Below are positions 62,249 through 64,000 of a stretch of DNA of 64,000 bases, one piece after another (position 1 is the stretch's first letter; each line of letters starts with the position of its first letter). Under the pieces are notes generated by a model, which saw nothing but the letters and a program-made list of their open reading frames with translations, did not search any database and had not been told where the DNA came from. The position numbers and the translations under genes are program-made. The stretch comes from a virus. Location: IMG/VR virus record IMGVR_UViG_3300042520_001372; one strand, written 5' to 3'.

Positions 62249-63403
62249 TTATGCTATAAATATTGGTTGTGGAACCATATTAAGTTCTTTCTGTTTATAA
62301 TCAGCCTCTAAAGATCTTCTTTCGAGTAATTTCTCTCTTGAAGTTTCTTCTAGGTAGTTCCTTAGTTTATCTAACAGCAAATTCTTTTCTGCAGTAGCTG
62401 CAGTAATCAAATCAGCTGAGTTTAAAGTAACTTCCGCCCCAGGTATGGGTAAGGTTCCGTATTTTCCTCTAACGTATCCAAGCATTTCTTTTGCTAAAGA
62501 TAGTGTATATTCAAAGATCCACTGCCTTCCTATAGAATTAATTTGTGTATAGTTTGGATTTGCATAGGGAACATTAGAAACGTTAGAAACCAATGCTGAT
62601 GAGTTAGCCATTACCGGATTGTTTCTTTCTGAGTTCTTAATGTACTCAAAGAACATTTTACCTTCGTCCACAGTTGGTATTGGAAATAATCTCAGTCTGT
62701 TGTTTACTAATTCAAAAGAGTAGTTTGACTTTCTGATTTGATCGTTAAACTCAATAGCTTGAATCTTCTGAAGATCGTAATTGATTGGCATCAGAAGGAA
62801 GTTAATTGCTGGTGAATAGTTCCCCCATCCGAATGTATCTAATAGGTTCATCATACCTGTCCCTGTTCCTGCATAAGGATCAAAGTAGCGAACGATGGCC
62901 GGAGGTGATTCGTAGAATACTCTTTTAATTTCAATTGTATCTCCAGGAGTTAAAGAGGCAGAAGCACTAGCCCATACATTCATATTATAATCCTGCTGAC
63001 CGGCAATAGTTGTAAAAGAACCTGTATACCAAGTTACTGTTCCCCCTACTCCGGCTTCTTCTCCGTACTGATTTGACATTCTAACAATAGCTCCGAAGTT
63101 TGGTTGTATTACTGAGTTATTTAAATTAGATCCGGTAGAAGCTCCTTCCATTGAGAGGAAGTCCTGTCTTACTTTAAATGCATAAATTTCATTTCCGTAA
63201 GTTGTTACTGCTTCTTCAAAAGCTGTATAGAAGTTGATATCCTGCAATTCGACATCAACCAATGGGTATCCTAGTCTTCTTGCACAGAAATTTGATACCT
63301 TATCAGCATCCGTTTGAAACTGATAATCATTATCGTAGAACCCAAAAGGAGTATCTCCGGGAAAGAAGGATGAGGAACCGGGCCAGATTTGAGCGTTAGC
63401 CAT
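62249..63403 (-). CDS. Neck protein (gp13-like)
   Basis: RRLGYP.V.VEL, W...Y....KE.LG.VRGKY..LPIPG..VTLN. Confidence 0.85.
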   Translation of the reverse strand: MANAQIWPGSSSFFPGDTPFGFYDNDYQFQTDADKVSNFCARRLGYPLVDVELQDINFYTAFEEAVTTYGNEIYAFKVRQDFLSMEGASTGSNLNNSVIQPNFGAIVRMSNQYGEEAGVGGTVTWYTGSFTTIAGQQDYNMNVWASASASLTPGDTIEIKRVFYESPPAIVRYFDPYAGTGTGMMNLLDTFGWGNYSPAINFLLMPINYDLQKIQAIEFNDQIRKSNYSFELVNNRLRLFPIPTVDEGKMFFEYIKNSERNNPVMANSSALVSNVSNVPYANPNYTQINSIGRQWIFEYTLSLAKEMLGYVRGKYGTLPIPGAEVTLNSADLITAATAEKNLLLDKLRNYLEETSREKLLERRSLEADYKQKELNMVPQPIFIA

Positions 63404-63429
63404 ATACTAATAAATAGTATTGGATTTGC

Positions 63430-64000
63430 TTACTTGATCTGGGTCAGAGTTACGATTACAGAAGGGACTGCTACTCCTCCGTTTGTTGGTCCAGCAGCTT
63501 CGGCAACTAATTGAACACTAGCACCTCCGTTAACATAGCATACTAACTCTAAGAAATCTCCTGCAATTAAGCTTTCAACAAAATTCCATGCTCCAACGTA
63601 TTTGTGGTTTTGGTTTTGAATATCAAGCCCTGTATTACTGTATGTTTGATTAACACCATTTTTTCTTAGCCAAATATATACTTGAGGACCTCCACCAACT
63701 GTGGTTTGTACTTGAGTTGAAAATTGAAGGTTGTAAATACCTGTTCTAGTTACTGTTAATCTTGAATTTGATACTACTGAAATTCCGTCATTGATGACGG
63801 GGGTATTTAGGGTAATGGATGCTGAAGCACCTGATACTATTGTTTGAGTTGTTGTATCGTAGAATGTACCAACTGATAGAGTTGATACTCCATTCTCAGC
63901 ATAAGAGGAAGTTAAAGCATAAGAGGCAGAAGTTGCAAATGATGCTGTCCCTGCAACGTTACCTAGCAATGAACCGGTAATTGAAGTAAATCTACCTATA
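63430..64000 (-). CDS. C-terminal part of a fibre-like virion protein (C1q/BclA-like beta domain); 5' end outside window
   Basis: GS.LG..TASFATSASYA repeat, TGIYNLQFS.Q, W.RKNG, GDFLEL; frame appears to continue to window edge. Confidence 0.65.
   Translation of the reverse strand, partial: IGRFTSITGSLLGNVAGTASFATSASYALTSSYAENGVSTLSVGTFYDTTTQTIVSGASASITLNTPVINDGISVVSNSRLTVTRTGIYNLQFSTQVQTTVGGGPQVYIWLRKNGVNQTYSNTGLDIQNQNHKYVGAWNFVESLIAGDFLELVCYVNGGASVQLVAEAAGPTNGGVAVPSVIVTLTQIK

Noticed and set aside
1-64000. Stop-codon reassignment (seen in some Bacteroidota phages)
   Set aside because: Core genes are full length in the standard code and TAG, TGA and TAA all end genes at sensible positions.
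1-64000. tRNA or large structured ncRNA genes
   Set aside because: Intergenic gaps are nearly all under 120 nt and accounted for by promoters/terminators; no cloverleaf seen (tRNAscan/Infernal not run).

Overview
A 64-kb, AT-rich, densely coding segment of a large lytic-looking tailed phage with a T4-like contractile tail (sheath, tube, neck and baseplate genes at 48-64 kb). Essentially every real gene is on the minus strand; the plus-strand ORFs in the track look like antisense shadows. The host is inferred to be a Bacteroidota bacterium: there is a T9SS C-terminal sorting domain, recurrent TTG-N19-21-TAnnTT(A/T)A promoters and A-rich, SD-less starts. In transcription order (right to left) the modules are: tail/neck morphogenesis; replication/recombination (second PolA-like gene, gp32-like SSB, RecA/UvsX, 5'-3' exonuclease, DnaB-like helicase, class II RNR); a late-expressed envelope operon (HExxH peptidase, cohesin/dockerin T9SS cargo, CsgG-like lipoprotein, beta-barrel, dockerin adhesin); lysis genes; small early genes; queC/queD/queE, thyA, hpt, dUTPase-like gene and main PolA; iscA, groES/groEL, a Cas4-like nuclease and two GT4 glycosyltransferases. 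Best leads: (1) the cohesin-dockerin/CsgG/T9SS surface-assembly operon; (2) promoter-gene-terminator cassettes sharing an MDNFDLKKYLVE leader, whose terminators also contain promoters; (3) arrays of small genes joined by a repeated GGAGG-containing junction; (4) a +1/-2 tail-chaperone frameshift; (5) atypical QueC/D/E with no visible DpdA. All family assignments come from motifs recognised by eye; no searches were run.
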